Notes: generated from the letters alone by a model not told the origin. A DNA stretch of 32,000 bases from Nitratidesulfovibrio vulgaris str. Hildenborough (GCF_000195755.1 NC_002937.3:2730001-2762000), one strand, 5' to 3'. Shown: positions 7,933 to 15,552, counted from the first letter of the stretch. Made by a program: numbers and translations.

Positions 7933-9153
7933 ATGACTTTCAGAGAATCCGTTCCGTTCATCGTGGCTATCGCGGCCACCATCCCCGGCATCCTGCTACG
8001 CGTCGTCCATCCGGACATCAGTCCCCTGCTCATGGCCTCTCTCACGGGCCTCGCCATTCTCGGGGCGTCGTTCATGCTCATGTGGGCCTGCGAAGTGGCC
8101 CAGATGGACATCCCGCAGACTCTGGCCCTAGCCGTGGTCGCACTCATCGCCGTGTTGCCCGAGTACGCCGTGGACATGTACTTCACATGGATGGCGGGGC
8201 AACACCCCGAAAGCAACTACGCGCACTATGCCATCGCCAACATGACAGGGGCCAACCGGTTGCTCATCGGCATCGGCTGGAGTGCCATCGCCATCCTCTA
8301 CGCGCTGCGCTTCCGCAAGGCGGTGCAGCTTGAAGAGGAACGCCGGTCCGAATTGCTGTTCCTCGCACTTGCCACCGCCTACGCGCTGGTCATCCCGCTC
8401 AAGGGCACGCTGGAATGGTACGATGGTGTCATTCTCGTCAGCCTCTACGTCTGGTACATCCGCATCGCCTCAAAGCGCCCCTGCACCGACTGCGAGGTAG
8501 AAGGCCCGGCGGAAGCCCTCGCCCATCTGCCCCGCAACACGCGCCGTCTCACCACGCTGGGGCTCTTCCTCTTTGCCGCCGGTGTCATCCTCTGCGACGC
8601 GGAACTGTTCAGCGAAAGCCTCGTGGCCTCCGGCAAGGTGCTCGGCATCAACGAGTTCCTTCTGGTGCAGTGGCTCGCACCCATCGCGTCCGAAGCGCCG
8701 GAGTTCATCGTCGCCATCATGTTCGCCACCCGCGGTCAGGCAAGTCTGGCCCTTGGCAGCCTCATCTCGTCGAAGCTCAACCAGTGGACCTTGCTCGTCG
8801 GCATGATACCCGGCGTCTTCGCCGTATCCTCCGGGTCCATCAACCCGCCCATGCCCATGGACGACCACCAGATGCACGAGTTGCTGCTCACCGCCGCACA
8901 GTCGCTTTTCGCCGTGGTGCTCCTCGCGCGCATGCGTCTCGGGCTTCGCGGGGCCCTCGTGCTGCTGGCGCTTTTCATCGGCCAGTTCGCGGCACCGCTG
9001 TATGAACCCTATGTGGAGAACCTGCTTGGCATCCCCCACATGCCCGACGGGCTGCACATCGTGTACAGCGGCCTCTACATCGCCCTTGCCCTCGGCATGA
9101 TGCTCTACCGCCCCGGCCGCCTGTTGCAGTTGCGCGAAGGCCTCAAGGTCTGA
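7933..9153 (+). CDS. CaCA-superfamily (Na+/Ca2+-exchanger-like) polytopic membrane cation transporter
   Basis: AGGAG at 7921-7925 precedes ATG 7933 (MTFRESVPFIVAIAA...). The protein has about 10-11 hydrophobic segments. Two alpha-repeat-like motifs carry acidic residues: ALIAVLPEYAVDMYF and LAPIASEAPEFIVAIMFA. The track ORF start at 7894 lies inside the terminator U-tract and is unlikely. Confidence 0.7.
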   Translation: MTFRESVPFIVAIAATIPGILLRVVHPDISPLLMASLTGLAILGASFMLMWACEVAQMDIPQTLALAVVALIAVLPEYAVDMYFTWMAGQHPESNYAHYAIANMTGANRLLIGIGWSAIAILYALRFRKAVQLEEERRSELLFLALATAYALVIPLKGTLEWYDGVILVSLYVWYIRIASKRPCTDCEVEGPAEALAHLPRNTRRLTTLGLFLFAAGVILCDAELFSESLVASGKVLGINEFLLVQWLAPIASEAPEFIVAIMFATRGQASLALGSLISSKLNQWTLLVGMIPGVFAVSSGSINPPMPMDDHQMHELLLTAAQSLFAVVLLARMRLGLRGALVLLALFIGQFAAPLYEPYVENLLGIPHMPDGLHIVYSGLYIALALGMMLYRPGRLLQLREGLKV

Positions 9154-9177
9154 CGCCCTTCACGGTCCTACAGTAAG

Positions 9178-9203
9178 GTGCGGGGGGAGCAATCCCCCCG
9201 CAC
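9178..9203 (+). terminator. GC hairpin after the transporter gene (terminator-like, no U-tract)
   Basis: gtgcgggggg-agcaat-ccccccgcac, a perfect 10-bp stem 25 nt after the stop at 9153. Confidence 0.4.
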
Positions 9204-9391
9204 GGCCATAACCGCCCAGACGCCGACGGCATGACCACCAGCCGACGCCACAACACCTGTTCCACCTCACCCGCCCTCATGCGCACCGCCCCCGAAAGCA
9301 CGACCGCAGCCGAATCTTCTTGGCAAGGTGCCGGGCACGACACTGGGCAACGCCCACGAGGCACGGCGAGCGCCACCACAACTTTTCAACA

Positions 9392-9406
9392 ATAACAGAA
9401 TGTTAT
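9392..9406. promoter_or_regulatory. palindrome ATAACA-GAA-TGTTAT inside the most AT-rich patch of the window (operator candidate)
   Basis: Read directly within acttttcaacaataacagaatgttatattcattattgcaaag (about 9381-9422), roughly 80-95 bp upstream of the 9486 start. Confidence 0.3.
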
Positions 9407-9485
9407 ATTCATTATTGCAAAGACTTGGCGTCATCAGGGCGGCATGATATGGCATGGCAGCGCAGTCATGCGTTACGGAGGTTCC

Positions 9486-10214
9486 ATGCGCCGATTCGTC
9501 ATCTGCCTCGCCGCCCTTGCGCTTCATGCCATGCTGTGTTTCCCCGACGTACGAGCGTTCGCGCAACCATCGGACCAGCCCGCACAGCCACCGGCCAAAG
9601 CGGCCCCCGGACAGGAAGAAGGCAGCTTCAACATCCATGACGAGCGCACCGACATCGACGTCAGCTACCCGACCTTCGACAATGCAGCCGTGACCGCCGA
9701 CATCCGCCAGTGGGCCCACCACCTTGTCGATGCCTTCCGTGCCGGTATCGAAGAAGAGCAGCCGCTGCCTTTCAAGAGCACGCTCAAGGTCGGCTATACC
9801 GTCTCACACCCTTCGGACGTGGCCCTCAGCATCACATTCGACGTGTACACGTATACCGGCGGTGCACACGGCAACCTCGACCTCATCACGCTTTCGTACG
9901 ACCTGCGCGACGCCCGGCGACTCTCGCTGGAGAACCTTTTCGCCGACCCGGAGACAGCCCTCGCCCGCATGTCCGCCTATGCCTATGCACGCCTCTCTGC
10001 CACACTCGGCGACATGCACGTCGAAGACATGCTTCGTAGCGGCACCACCCCTGACGTGGACAACTACGCCAGTATCGCGCTCATCCCCGGCGGTATCCGC
10101 ATCCACTTCCAGCCGTATCAGGTCGCACCATGGGCAGCCGGTCCCCAGCATGTGGACATGCCCCTTGAAGACCTCGCCGATGCAGAACCCCGCGCCGCCC
10201 TCTGGGGACGGTAG
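9486..10214 (+). CDS. secreted DUF3298/DUF4163-type (RsiV/PdaC C-terminal-like) protein
   Basis: GGAGG sits 5 nt before ATG 9486. The signal is MRRFVICLAALALHAMLCFPDVRAFA. Characteristic strings are DIDVSYPTF..., ITFDVYTYTGGAHGN and GIRIHFQPYQVAPWAAGP. Family recognised from memory. Confidence 0.7.
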   Translation: MRRFVICLAALALHAMLCFPDVRAFAQPSDQPAQPPAKAAPGQEEGSFNIHDERTDIDVSYPTFDNAAVTADIRQWAHHLVDAFRAGIEEEQPLPFKSTLKVGYTVSHPSDVALSITFDVYTYTGGAHGNLDLITLSYDLRDARRLSLENLFADPETALARMSAYAYARLSATLGDMHVEDMLRSGTTPDVDNYASIALIPGGIRIHFQPYQVAPWAAGPQHVDMPLEDLADAEPRAALWGR

Positions 10215-10242
10215 CAGCCACCGTATTCCATCATCGCCCTCC

Positions 10243-11475
10243 ATGTTCGCGCGCATCATCACGTCATCGTCCTGCAAGGGTTGCCTCGCCTCCGACTGCC
10301 TGCGCGGCTTCGTCATGGCCCTCGCCTTCTGGCTCGTGCTGCTGCATGCGCCCACACACGCCACGGCGAACATGCACCCCGGCTTCAAGACGATGGGGCT
10401 ATGGCTTCCCGAAACTGACGAGCGCATGGATGTCGCCGTCTGGTATCCGTCCATCCGCGTACCTAGCGAGTTCCGCATCTATGAGTGGACGCTCGAGGTG
10501 TCCCGTAACGGCAAACCCGTGCCGGGACGGTTCCCGCTCATCCTTCTTTCGCATGGCACGGGCGGTTCAAGGTTCTCACACCACGACACTGCGGCAGAAC
10601 TCGCTGCCAATGGTTTCGTCGTGGCGGCCATCACCCATCCCGGTGACAACATCGACGACACATCCGCCCTGTTCACCCTGCGCCAACTGGTGCAGCGCCC
10701 CAGACAGGTCAGCCAGCTGCTCGACCACCTGCTGCGCGACCCCGCCATGCTGGAGATGATCGACCCCGGGCGCATCGCAGCCGTCGGCTTCGGCGTGGGT
10801 GGAACGACAGCACTCATGCTGGCAGGGGGCATACCTGACGGGGCAGGGTGGACAGACTACTGCGAGAGGGCGTCGCAAGGCGACCCTTATTGCTCGCCGT
10901 GGGCCCGTGCGCGGCTTGACGCCCTGCGCGACGACCTCAAGTCGCTCAAGACGCTTCCGGTCCTGCGCGACACTCGCGTCCGCGCGGCCGTCGCCGTCGC
11001 CCCCGCCTACGGCATGCTGTTTTCGCGCAGCAGCATGAGCGCGGTGAACATCCCCGTCAGCATCATCAAGGCGGGACAGGACGAGGTCAACCGAGCCCCT
11101 TTCCATGCCGACGCCATCCGGAGTGCCCTCACCCCTTCGCCCGAGTTCGCCATTCTCGCCGAGGCTGACCACTTCTCGCTCATGGCCGCCTGCCCCCCTC
11201 AGCTGGAAGGGATTCTTCCCGAAGTGTGCGGCGGGGTCTCCCCCGAGACACGAGAGCGCATCCACATGACGCTCAACGGCCACTTGCTGCGTTTTCTCGT
11301 GACTCACCTCGGCAACACCCCTGCGTTCTTTCCCGTTGAAGAACCACAGCCCGCGCCGCCCCCCACGCCCGAGGTGCAGCCGGCACAACCGGAAACGCCA
11401 CCCGCGGTGAACGCCACCAAGGGCAAGCGCGCCAAGCCCCGTCCGAAACCTCGCGCCAATGCCACGCTGCCCTGA
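10243..11475 (+). CDS. alpha/beta-hydrolase-fold protein (dienelactone-hydrolase / PAF-acetylhydrolase-like, COG4188-like) with Pro/Lys-rich C-terminal tail
   Basis: Start is ATG 10243 or ATG 10315 (MALAFWLVLLHAPTHATA signal). Typical blocks are FPLILLSHGTGGSRFSHHDTAAELAANGFVVAAITHPGDN and, at the nucleophile-elbow position, AAVGFGVGGTTALMLAGG, then EADHFSLM. The tail is EEPQPAPPPTPEVQPAQPETPP...KGKRAKPRPKPR. The upstream 9724-10242 part of the track ORF overlaps the previous gene out of frame and is rejected. Confidence 0.7.
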   Translation: MFARIITSSSCKGCLASDCLRGFVMALAFWLVLLHAPTHATANMHPGFKTMGLWLPETDERMDVAVWYPSIRVPSEFRIYEWTLEVSRNGKPVPGRFPLILLSHGTGGSRFSHHDTAAELAANGFVVAAITHPGDNIDDTSALFTLRQLVQRPRQVSQLLDHLLRDPAMLEMIDPGRIAAVGFGVGGTTALMLAGGIPDGAGWTDYCERASQGDPYCSPWARARLDALRDDLKSLKTLPVLRDTRVRAAVAVAPAYGMLFSRSSMSAVNIPVSIIKAGQDEVNRAPFHADAIRSALTPSPEFAILAEADHFSLMAACPPQLEGILPEVCGGVSPETRERIHMTLNGHLLRFLVTHLGNTPAFFPVEEPQPAPPPTPEVQPAQPETPPAVNATKGKRAKPRPKPRANATLP

Positions 11476-11521
11476 CATCGCGATTCTCTAGACACACGAC
11501 CGCAGCTGAGAATGTATAACA

Positions 11522-11530
11522 TGCTAGAAT
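11522..11530 (+). promoter_or_regulatory. extended -10 promoter candidate TGcTAGAAT
   Basis: Read directly in the AT-rich segment gaatgtataacaTGcTAGAATgaaaaatc. A second candidate, TTGACA(11686-11691)-N17-TAGATG(11709-11714), lies closer to the 11758 gene. Confidence 0.3.
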
Positions 11531-11757
11531 GAAAAATCTTTTTGCCAGACCATCCGCATTGTCCGGCATGGCGGGGCGCACCAGTCGCCCACGGCAGGGC
11601 ACCCCGCTGACGAAGTCCCACAACACGCTGATTTCTCTCGACAAAAAAACACATTCCACCGCCCTTCCAAGCCGCTTGACATGGAGAAGACGAAGCACTA
11701 GATGCTCTCTCGTGGCAAGGTGCCACAAGTGTTCCGCACGAAGGAACGCGCCACTTC

Positions 11758-12570
11758 ATGCAAGATGTCAAGGTAGCAAAGATGTTCAGCAAATGCTGCG
11801 GCCAGACCACATTCAGGCCGTCCATGCTTCTTGCTTTCTTTTTCTCGATAATCACCCTCGCCATTCCGGCAGGTGGTCCGGCTGATGCCGTCTCCACCAC
11901 GAACGGGGCAGCACAGGCAGCCAATGACGTGCCCCCTGTCGTTCACGCTGGCGAAGGATGGCAGGCCATGCCCGCTGGGGGACGCCCTGCCTACATAGGC
12001 ATCCATGGCGGTACGGTTCCCGTGAGTCTGCTCACCACCCGCGGCGGGGCGACCATGGTCGCTCTCGTTGGGGAGACGGGAAGCGACTTCCTGCGCGTCT
12101 TGCGGGGCGGCAACGCCTCTTCGAAGGCCGAAGAGGTACCGCAGCCTCATCTCGTCGCCAGCGCGGCATCCGCCACAGATGCCCGCCCCATGCCCGCCAA
12201 GGGTGAACCAGGCCCCATGCCCATAGAGACCGTAGCCGCTCCGATGCCCAACGCGACCATGCTCGTCGCCTCGACATCGTCCGGCAACATCCCGGTCATC
12301 TATGCAGCTGGACGCTCCTTCGAACGCATGGACATCGCCCCTTCCGAGTGGACCCCTTTCGGCCTTGGTGATGAGACCGTCAAGAATGACGGTTCTGGTC
12401 ACAACACACCCAAGATCAAGGCGAAGAAGGCAAAGGCCAAACAGAAGAAGACTGCGGTGCGCAAGCCAGCCCAGACTCGTCAGGCCAGCAAGAACCCGCA
12501 GCACAAGGTGCTCCACAACGAAGGCGGCCCGGTGAGCATCACGACCCCTCTGGTGTTGATCAACGCCTAG
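11758..12570 (+). CDS. secreted hypothetical protein with Lys-rich C-terminal tail
   Basis: ATG 11758, or ATG 11782 (MFSK...). The hydrophobic signal is MLLAFFFSIITLAIPAGGPADA. The basic tail is KIKAKKAKAKQKKTAVRKPAQTRQASKNPQHK. A strong terminator follows. No family recognised. Confidence 0.6.
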   Translation: MQDVKVAKMFSKCCGQTTFRPSMLLAFFFSIITLAIPAGGPADAVSTTNGAAQAANDVPPVVHAGEGWQAMPAGGRPAYIGIHGGTVPVSLLTTRGGATMVALVGETGSDFLRVLRGGNASSKAEEVPQPHLVASAASATDARPMPAKGEPGPMPIETVAAPMPNATMLVASTSSGNIPVIYAAGRSFERMDIAPSEWTPFGLGDETVKNDGSGHNTPKIKAKKAKAKQKKTAVRKPAQTRQASKNPQHKVLHNEGGPVSITTPLVLINA

Positions 12571-12592
12571 TCGTCTCTCTCATGCCCCTAAC

Positions 12593-12618
12593 AGCCCCGC
12601 ACCGCGGGGCTTTTTTTT
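12593..12618 (+). terminator. rho-independent terminator
   Basis: agccccgc-acc-gcggggct is followed by tttttttt, 22 nt after the stop at 12570. Confidence 0.85.
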
Positions 12619-13065
12619 GGTGTTACGGCGGCAGTCCGCTTCGGGCTCCATGTCCGCGTCCTGTCCGGACATTACCGGCCGAAGCCCCCGCCCTGCCATC
12701 CTGACGCCACAGCGGCCCTCCCGCAGGTCGGTCTTGGTAGCCGTGATACACTCAACCGCCCCCCTCACCGCCCTGTACAGGCCTCAAGACACCGTTCCCA
12801 CGGCATCCTCGCCACGTCTCAGGCAAGGTCCTGCACACCTGATTGCCGGATGCTGACCAGCGTTACACGACAGCATCCGAACCATCCTGCGGGCACGTCA
12901 TGACCTCGCTGCGACCGGAACGGACCTGCCACCATGCCGTAGCTATGCACGCACGGCAAGGGCACCATCATCCTCGCTAACAAACACGTCAGGAGACGCC
13001 ATGCGTGTCACAAGAACGGAGGCAGGCAACTGCGCCGACTCCCGCCCGTTACGGACGGCACACTC

Positions 13066-13413
13066 ATGTCAGGGCAACGCCCCTCGCACCTCGACCCGCG
13101 CACTATCATGGAGGCACTCGTGAACGGCGCCAACCACGACTGGAGGCTGGACAGAAGCCTCACCCTGCCCGCCATTCTCGCCATCGTCACGGGCATCATA
13201 AGCGCCGCGACCCTCGGCGCCACGCTGAAAACACGGATTGAGACCATCGAAGCCCGTACCGCGGCGTTCGATTCCGAGATGCGTGACGCACGCGCCACCA
13301 GCCTTCATGTCGCACGCATCGACGCCCGGCTTGAAGCACTTCAGGAAACCATGGCGGCACTCAGGGATGACATGCGGCAACTGCGCAAAGGCATGACCGG
13401 AGACGGCAGATGA
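13066..13413 (+). CDS. single-pass membrane protein with C-terminal coiled coil (Rz / i-spanin-like topology), phage-associated
   Basis: The TM segment is LTLPAILAIVTGIISAATLGA, followed by a heptad-like IETIEARTAAFDSEMRDARATSLHVARIDARLEALQETMAALRDDMRQLRKG. Its stop overlaps the terS start (ATGA at 13410-13413). An alternative start is ATG 13108. Confidence 0.55.
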   Translation: MSGQRPSHLDPRTIMEALVNGANHDWRLDRSLTLPAILAIVTGIISAATLGATLKTRIETIEARTAAFDSEMRDARATSLHVARIDARLEALQETMAALRDDMRQLRKGMTGDGR

Positions 13414-14045
13414 AGCAGCGCGCACCGAACCTTCGGGCACGGCAGGAAGACTTCGTGGCGGCAGTACGGTCGGGGCTTTCACCCGAGAAGGCGGCGTTAC
13501 AGGCAGGCTACGCACCCGCCACGGCAAGGAGGACGGGCCACAGGCTCATGCAGTCTCCTGCCATACGGAGTGCACTCGCAGAATCAGGGGTGGAGGCTGC
13601 CCCCCCGGAACACGGCACGCCCGACGTCTCACCTGAACAGGTCGTACAGGAGCTTGCCGCCATCGGTTTCGGTGTCCTCTCCGACGTCTGCTCGTGGTCG
13701 GCCGAAGGTATCCGCCTGCACGACTCCACACGGCTTACACGGGCACAGGCATCCATGATCGCCGAAATCCGCGAAGCGTCGTCCGGCAAGGGAGGAGTGC
13801 ACGTCAAACTGCACTCGAAACTCAAGGCACTGGAAATGCTCGGTCGTCACTTCGGCATGTTCGGCGGGGCGGCGAATGAAGGCGGGGCGACCGTACCCAT
13901 GATTCCCGAAGAACTGAGACAGCGCATCGACTCGATGTATGCAGGGTACGGTTCCGAAGATGCAGGGCATTTCGGCACGTCCGACGAAGAGACGGATACC
14001 GGCGAATCACTGGCAGACAGGGGGGTATACGGCGCGCTGCCATGA
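13410..14045 (+). CDS. terS: phage terminase small subunit (Terminase_2-type)
   Basis: The N-terminal HTH-like block is RQEDFVAAVRSGLSPEKAALQAGYAPATARRTGHRLMQSPAIRSAL. The C-terminal signature is HVKLHSKLKALEMLGRHFGMFGG, characteristic of this family. Confidence 0.88.
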   Translation: MKQRAPNLRARQEDFVAAVRSGLSPEKAALQAGYAPATARRTGHRLMQSPAIRSALAESGVEAAPPEHGTPDVSPEQVVQELAAIGFGVLSDVCSWSAEGIRLHDSTRLTRAQASMIAEIREASSGKGGVHVKLHSKLKALEMLGRHFGMFGGAANEGGATVPMIPEELRQRIDSMYAGYGSEDAGHFGTSDEETDTGESLADRGVYGALP

Positions 14046-14101
14046 AGCGGATGCACGCCGCAGGAAGATGCAAGCGCCATCGTCCCGGCATTCCAGAAGA
14101 C

Positions 14102-14129
14102 TCGAAGGGCCGAGGCGTCGGCCCTTCGA
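14102..14129. terminator. perfect 11-bp hairpin downstream of terS
   Basis: tcgaagggccg-aggcgt-cggcccttcga. The flanks are A-rich on plus and moderately U-rich on minus, so direction is ambiguous. Confidence 0.4.
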
Positions 14130-14232
14130 AAATCATGGTCGTCACAGACAGGAGGCACTAGCATCTGTATGATGAAGTGAACCCGCCGCAGCCTCGTCGC
14201 GGCAGCGGCTTTGTTGTTCAGGAGGCAAGACG

Positions 14233-14439
14233 ATGTACGACAAGTCATTGGAAAAAGAGGAAGCCTGTTGTTCATGCGGACGCTACAACGACCTGCAAGA
14301 CAACGAACGGGCCCGGGAACTCCACCATGTCGAAGACAGGCTGCTCTGCTTCGACTGCTTCCGTCGGCATGGGCCGTTGTTACGCGGCACTCTCGGAGAA
14401 GAGCGCGTTCTGAGCCTCATCGAGAACTGGTACGGCTAA
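14233..14439 (+). CDS. small Cys4 zinc-ribbon protein
   Basis: AGGAGG sits 7 nt before ATG 14233. The protein is 68 aa with two Cys pairs, CCSCG...(25 aa)...CFDCF. No family recognised. Confidence 0.6.
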   Translation: MYDKSLEKEEACCSCGRYNDLQDNERARELHHVEDRLLCFDCFRRHGPLLRGTLGEERVLSLIENWYG

Positions 14440-14481
14440 CCCTGCGCACCTGCGATTCTGCACGTTATTCCGATCTGCGCC

Positions 14482-14859
14482 TCAACGCCTCTGCCCCCCC
14501 TGCACCGTACCTTGCGAACGAGGGACACACCGTAGCCCCACAGGTTCTCCCGGGCTTGTAAGACCGCAGGTACAGTGCACCAGCTGCTCGCTTCCGTCCG
14601 GCAACCGAAGAAGTCCGTCGATCTCCACCTGTTCCCGAAGATAGAGCCCGTCCACGACTTCACCACGCTCGACAAGCCGCGCGTTCTCGTCGTTGTAGAG
14701 TGTCAGCGACACAGGTGCACCGTACATGCTGGCCAGTTCAAGCTGGGCATAGGCAGAGCATGCCGCGAGCCTGTCTTCGGGAACGCGGGCCTCGACTTGC
14801 GTCGGCCATGCGGCCAGACAGAACGCGAAGGTTGCCGCCAGCGACGCCAACCGCTTCAT
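14482..14859 (-). CDS. small secreted hypothetical protein
   Basis: GGAGGA lies upstream of the ATG at 14859 (MKRLASLAATFAFCLAAWPTQVEA signal). The track start at 14874 would overlap the upstream stop as ATGA. It lies directly downstream of the TPR lipoprotein gene. Confidence 0.6.
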   Translation of the reverse strand: MKRLASLAATFAFCLAAWPTQVEARVPEDRLAACSAYAQLELASMYGAPVSLTLYNDENARLVERGEVVDGLYLREQVEIDGLLRLPDGSEQLVHCTCGLTSPGEPVGLRCVPRSQGTVQGGQRR

Positions 14860-14870
14860 CCCCGTCCTCC

Positions 14871-15449
14871 TCATTTGCAGATTCCGGACTCACGCGCCGA
14901 CTCCATCCCGGTGCAGTCTCCCTTGGAGCAGCCCTTGGCGAAATCGGCGCAGGCTCCCGCCGTGTCATCCTGCTGCAGACGTACCGCCGCCCTGAAGTTC
15001 CACGCCCGATGATAGCCGGAATCGAGTTCCAGAGCATGGTCGAGGTCTTTGCGGGCACCGATGAGATTGCCCATTCGCATGGAAACCAGCCCCCGGTAGG
15101 TGTAGGCCTCGACACCGGGCTTGAGGCGAAGCGCCTTGGTGAGGTCTTCGAAGGCCTCTTCGTACCGGCCCATCTCACTGTAGGCCAGTCCCCGCCGCTG
15201 GTAGGCGGCCGCATAATCGGGTTGCACGGCTATGGCACGGTCGAGGTAGGCCACCGCCTGTACGGGGTCGGAGCACACTTCGCTGTTCCCCCACAGGACG
15301 CGGGCAAGGGCGTAGTTCTTCTCCGCCTCGGGCGCGACGTTCCCCGACAGGCCCATCGGGTTGACAGGGGCAAGCGGTGCCTCGTGGGCGGCACAGCCTC
15401 CAAGAACGAACAATGTACAACAGAGCAGACAGCGCAGGACAAAGGGCAT
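14871..15449 (-). CDS. TPR-repeat lipoprotein with Cys-rich C-terminus
   Basis: GGAGG sits 5-6 nt before the ATG at 15449. Signal and lipobox are MPFVLRCLLCCTLFVLGGC. TPR-like repeats are AVAYLDRAIAVQPDYAAAYQRRGLAYSEMGRYEEAFEDLTKALRLKP.... The tail is GACADFAKGCSKGDCTG...GICK. Confidence 0.8.
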   Translation of the reverse strand: MPFVLRCLLCCTLFVLGGCAAHEAPLAPVNPMGLSGNVAPEAEKNYALARVLWGNSEVCSDPVQAVAYLDRAIAVQPDYAAAYQRRGLAYSEMGRYEEAFEDLTKALRLKPGVEAYTYRGLVSMRMGNLIGARKDLDHALELDSGYHRAWNFRAAVRLQQDDTAGACADFAKGCSKGDCTGMESARESGICK

Positions 15450-15552
15450 CCGCAACCTCCATGAATATGCGTCGACCCTGAACACAGTGCGGCGGCATGG
15501 TCAAGCACCCATCAGTATTGTTATTGGATATAGACCATGCTATTCATGTCGC

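Noticed and set aside
7752-8216. 154-aa minus-strand ORF across the riboswitch and transporter start
   Set aside because: It overlaps the riboswitch, its terminator and the well-supported transporter gene on the other strand. It has no RBS.
7573-9203. 11-mer TCCCCCCGCAC just after the kinase stop (7573-7583) and just after the transporter stop (9193-9203), as possible duplication flanking the riboswitch-transporter cassette
   Set aside because: The similarity does not extend beyond 11 nt. The second copy is simply one arm of a terminator hairpin. Many 11-mer coincidences are expected in 32 kb of GC-biased DNA.
9724-10242. 5' part of the 583-aa ORF 9724..11475
   Set aside because: It overlaps the DUF3298 gene in another frame and is Ser/Pro/Thr/Arg-rich. 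The hydrolase-like sequence only begins after ATG 10243/10315.
1118-12935. Direct near-repeat ggacctgcc(g/a)cca at about 1125 and about 12922, as possible island boundaries
   Set aside because: The match is short and imperfect. The enclosed genes (kinase, riboswitch, transporter and others) do not look like a mobile island. Most likely chance.
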